From: Rhina ancylostomus
Lineage: Eukaryota
NCBI GenBank assembly: GCA_030265395.1
Contig: JARFYF010000017.1
Span: 16,169,326 to 16,233,325 of the forward strand
DNA length: 64,000 nt
Direction: 5' to 3'
In this document: positions 62,915-64,000 of the stretch, piece by piece
Layout of the letters: every line of letters starts with the position of its first letter
How positions within the stretch are numbered: position 1 is the stretch's first letter
Notes under the pieces: generated by a model
What the model was told of the DNA's origin: nothing
The model's input: only the letters and a program-made list of their open reading frames with translations
The model's database searches: none
Position numbers and translations under genes: made by a program

Positions 62915-63577
62915 ATTCAACACACACCAGTCTTCATTGAGAGGTCAGCGGTGAAAAGGGTGAGCAGCTTCAAGTTCCTGGGCGTCAACATCTATCCTGG
63001 GCCCAACACATTGATGCAATCAAGAAGAAGGCACGCCAGTGGCTCCACTTCATTAGAAGTTTGAGGAGATTTGGTATGTCACCAAAGGCTCTTACAAGTT
63101 TCTACACATGTACGGTGGAGAGCATTCTGACTGGTTGCCTCACCGCCTGGGTTGGAGGCTCCAATGTGCAGGATTGAAAGAGGCTGCAGAGGGTTGGAGA
63201 CTCAGCCAGCTCCATCACGGACACAACCCTCCCCACCATCGAGAACAATTGCAAGAGGCAGTGCCTCAAGAAGGCAGCATCCATCATTAAGGACCCTCAC
63301 CACCCGGGACATGCCTCTTCACATTACTACCACCGGGGAGGAGGTACAGGATCCTGAAGACTCACACTCGATATTTCAGGAACAGCTTCTTCCCCTCTGC
63401 CATCAGAATTCTGAACGGTCCATGAACCCATGATCACTACCTCGTTATTCTTCTTTTGCAGTACTTATTTATTTTTGTAAGTTATAGAACTTGTATGTCT
63501 TTGTGTCTTGCACTGTACAGCTGCCGCAGAACAACAAATTTCACAACATATGTCAGTGATAATAAACCTGATTCTGA
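62915..63577 (+). mobile_element. Rex1/Babar-like LINE 3' portion
   Basis: VKRVSSFKFLGVNI, VESILTGC, AASIIKDPHHP and tail AATAAACCTGATTCTGA. Confidence 0.85.
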
Positions 63578-64000
63578 TAATATTACAAAACTCCTGAAAA
63601 ATTTTAATAACTAATAAGCTTAAAAGCTCTGGAAAACACTTAAGTTTTAATTTAAGATTTAATACATCTAAATTAACTCAATTTAGGAAAGAAATGTAAA
63701 TTATGTGAAGTTTACTTCTATTTCTGGCAGCTGTTTTTCTCCATTGAAATAGATGAACCTGCACCAGGTTTAACCCTGGTGTAGAATTAGCCCCTGGATA
63801 TCCCAGGTTAGTGAAGGTGGAATTCTGCTGCTGGATTCCATGAGGAGCCCAACATCGGAGCAGCGTAGCAGGAATTCTCAGGAAGATTAGGTCTGCCTTG
63901 TTGTCATGAGTGGCCCTCAGAAGTGATATGCACTAGCCCTTACAATAAAAGTTGTATTGTACGGTTTTTAGACAATGTTACCTCTATGCTGCATTTTAAA

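Noticed and set aside
52000-64000. Searched for the penultimate SLC66A2-like exon (FW.W...EAMLG.PQL...GM-AG|GT)
   Set aside because: No match found by eye. The PQL near 61060 lacks the surrounding motif. The exon is probably beyond the window or in a gap.

Overview
Vertebrate genomic DNA from a gapped draft assembly. The repeat content (V-domain tRNA SINEs, Deu-domain SINEs, CR1, Rex1/Babar, RTE) points to a cartilaginous fish, probably a ray-like batoid (inference). Two protein-coding genes are visible. (1) KCNG4 (Kv6.4 silent K+ channel subunit) on +, with coding exons 17252-18004 and 27929-28729 (about 517 aa), a CpG-rich promoter and a probable non-coding first exon ending at 16385. (2) The last coding exon of a convergent SLC66A2/PQLC1-like PQ-loop gene on - (51784-51958); I could not find its other exons here. 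The rest is decayed transposons. The most interesting signal is an abundant short repeat family, often arranged as inverted pairs and with target-site duplications, whose copies carry a minimal type I hammerhead ribozyme motif (CTGATGA-stem II-GAAA-NTH). This fits Penelope-like or retrozyme-like elements. Other points of interest are two near-perfect hairpins at 3.3 kb and 4.1 kb, KCNG4 sitting next to an SLC66A2 paralog (a possible ohnolog block), a uORF just before the KCNG4 ATG and a possible divergent first exon at about 2.1 kb. Repeat boundaries are approximate, and family names come from motif recognition without any database search.
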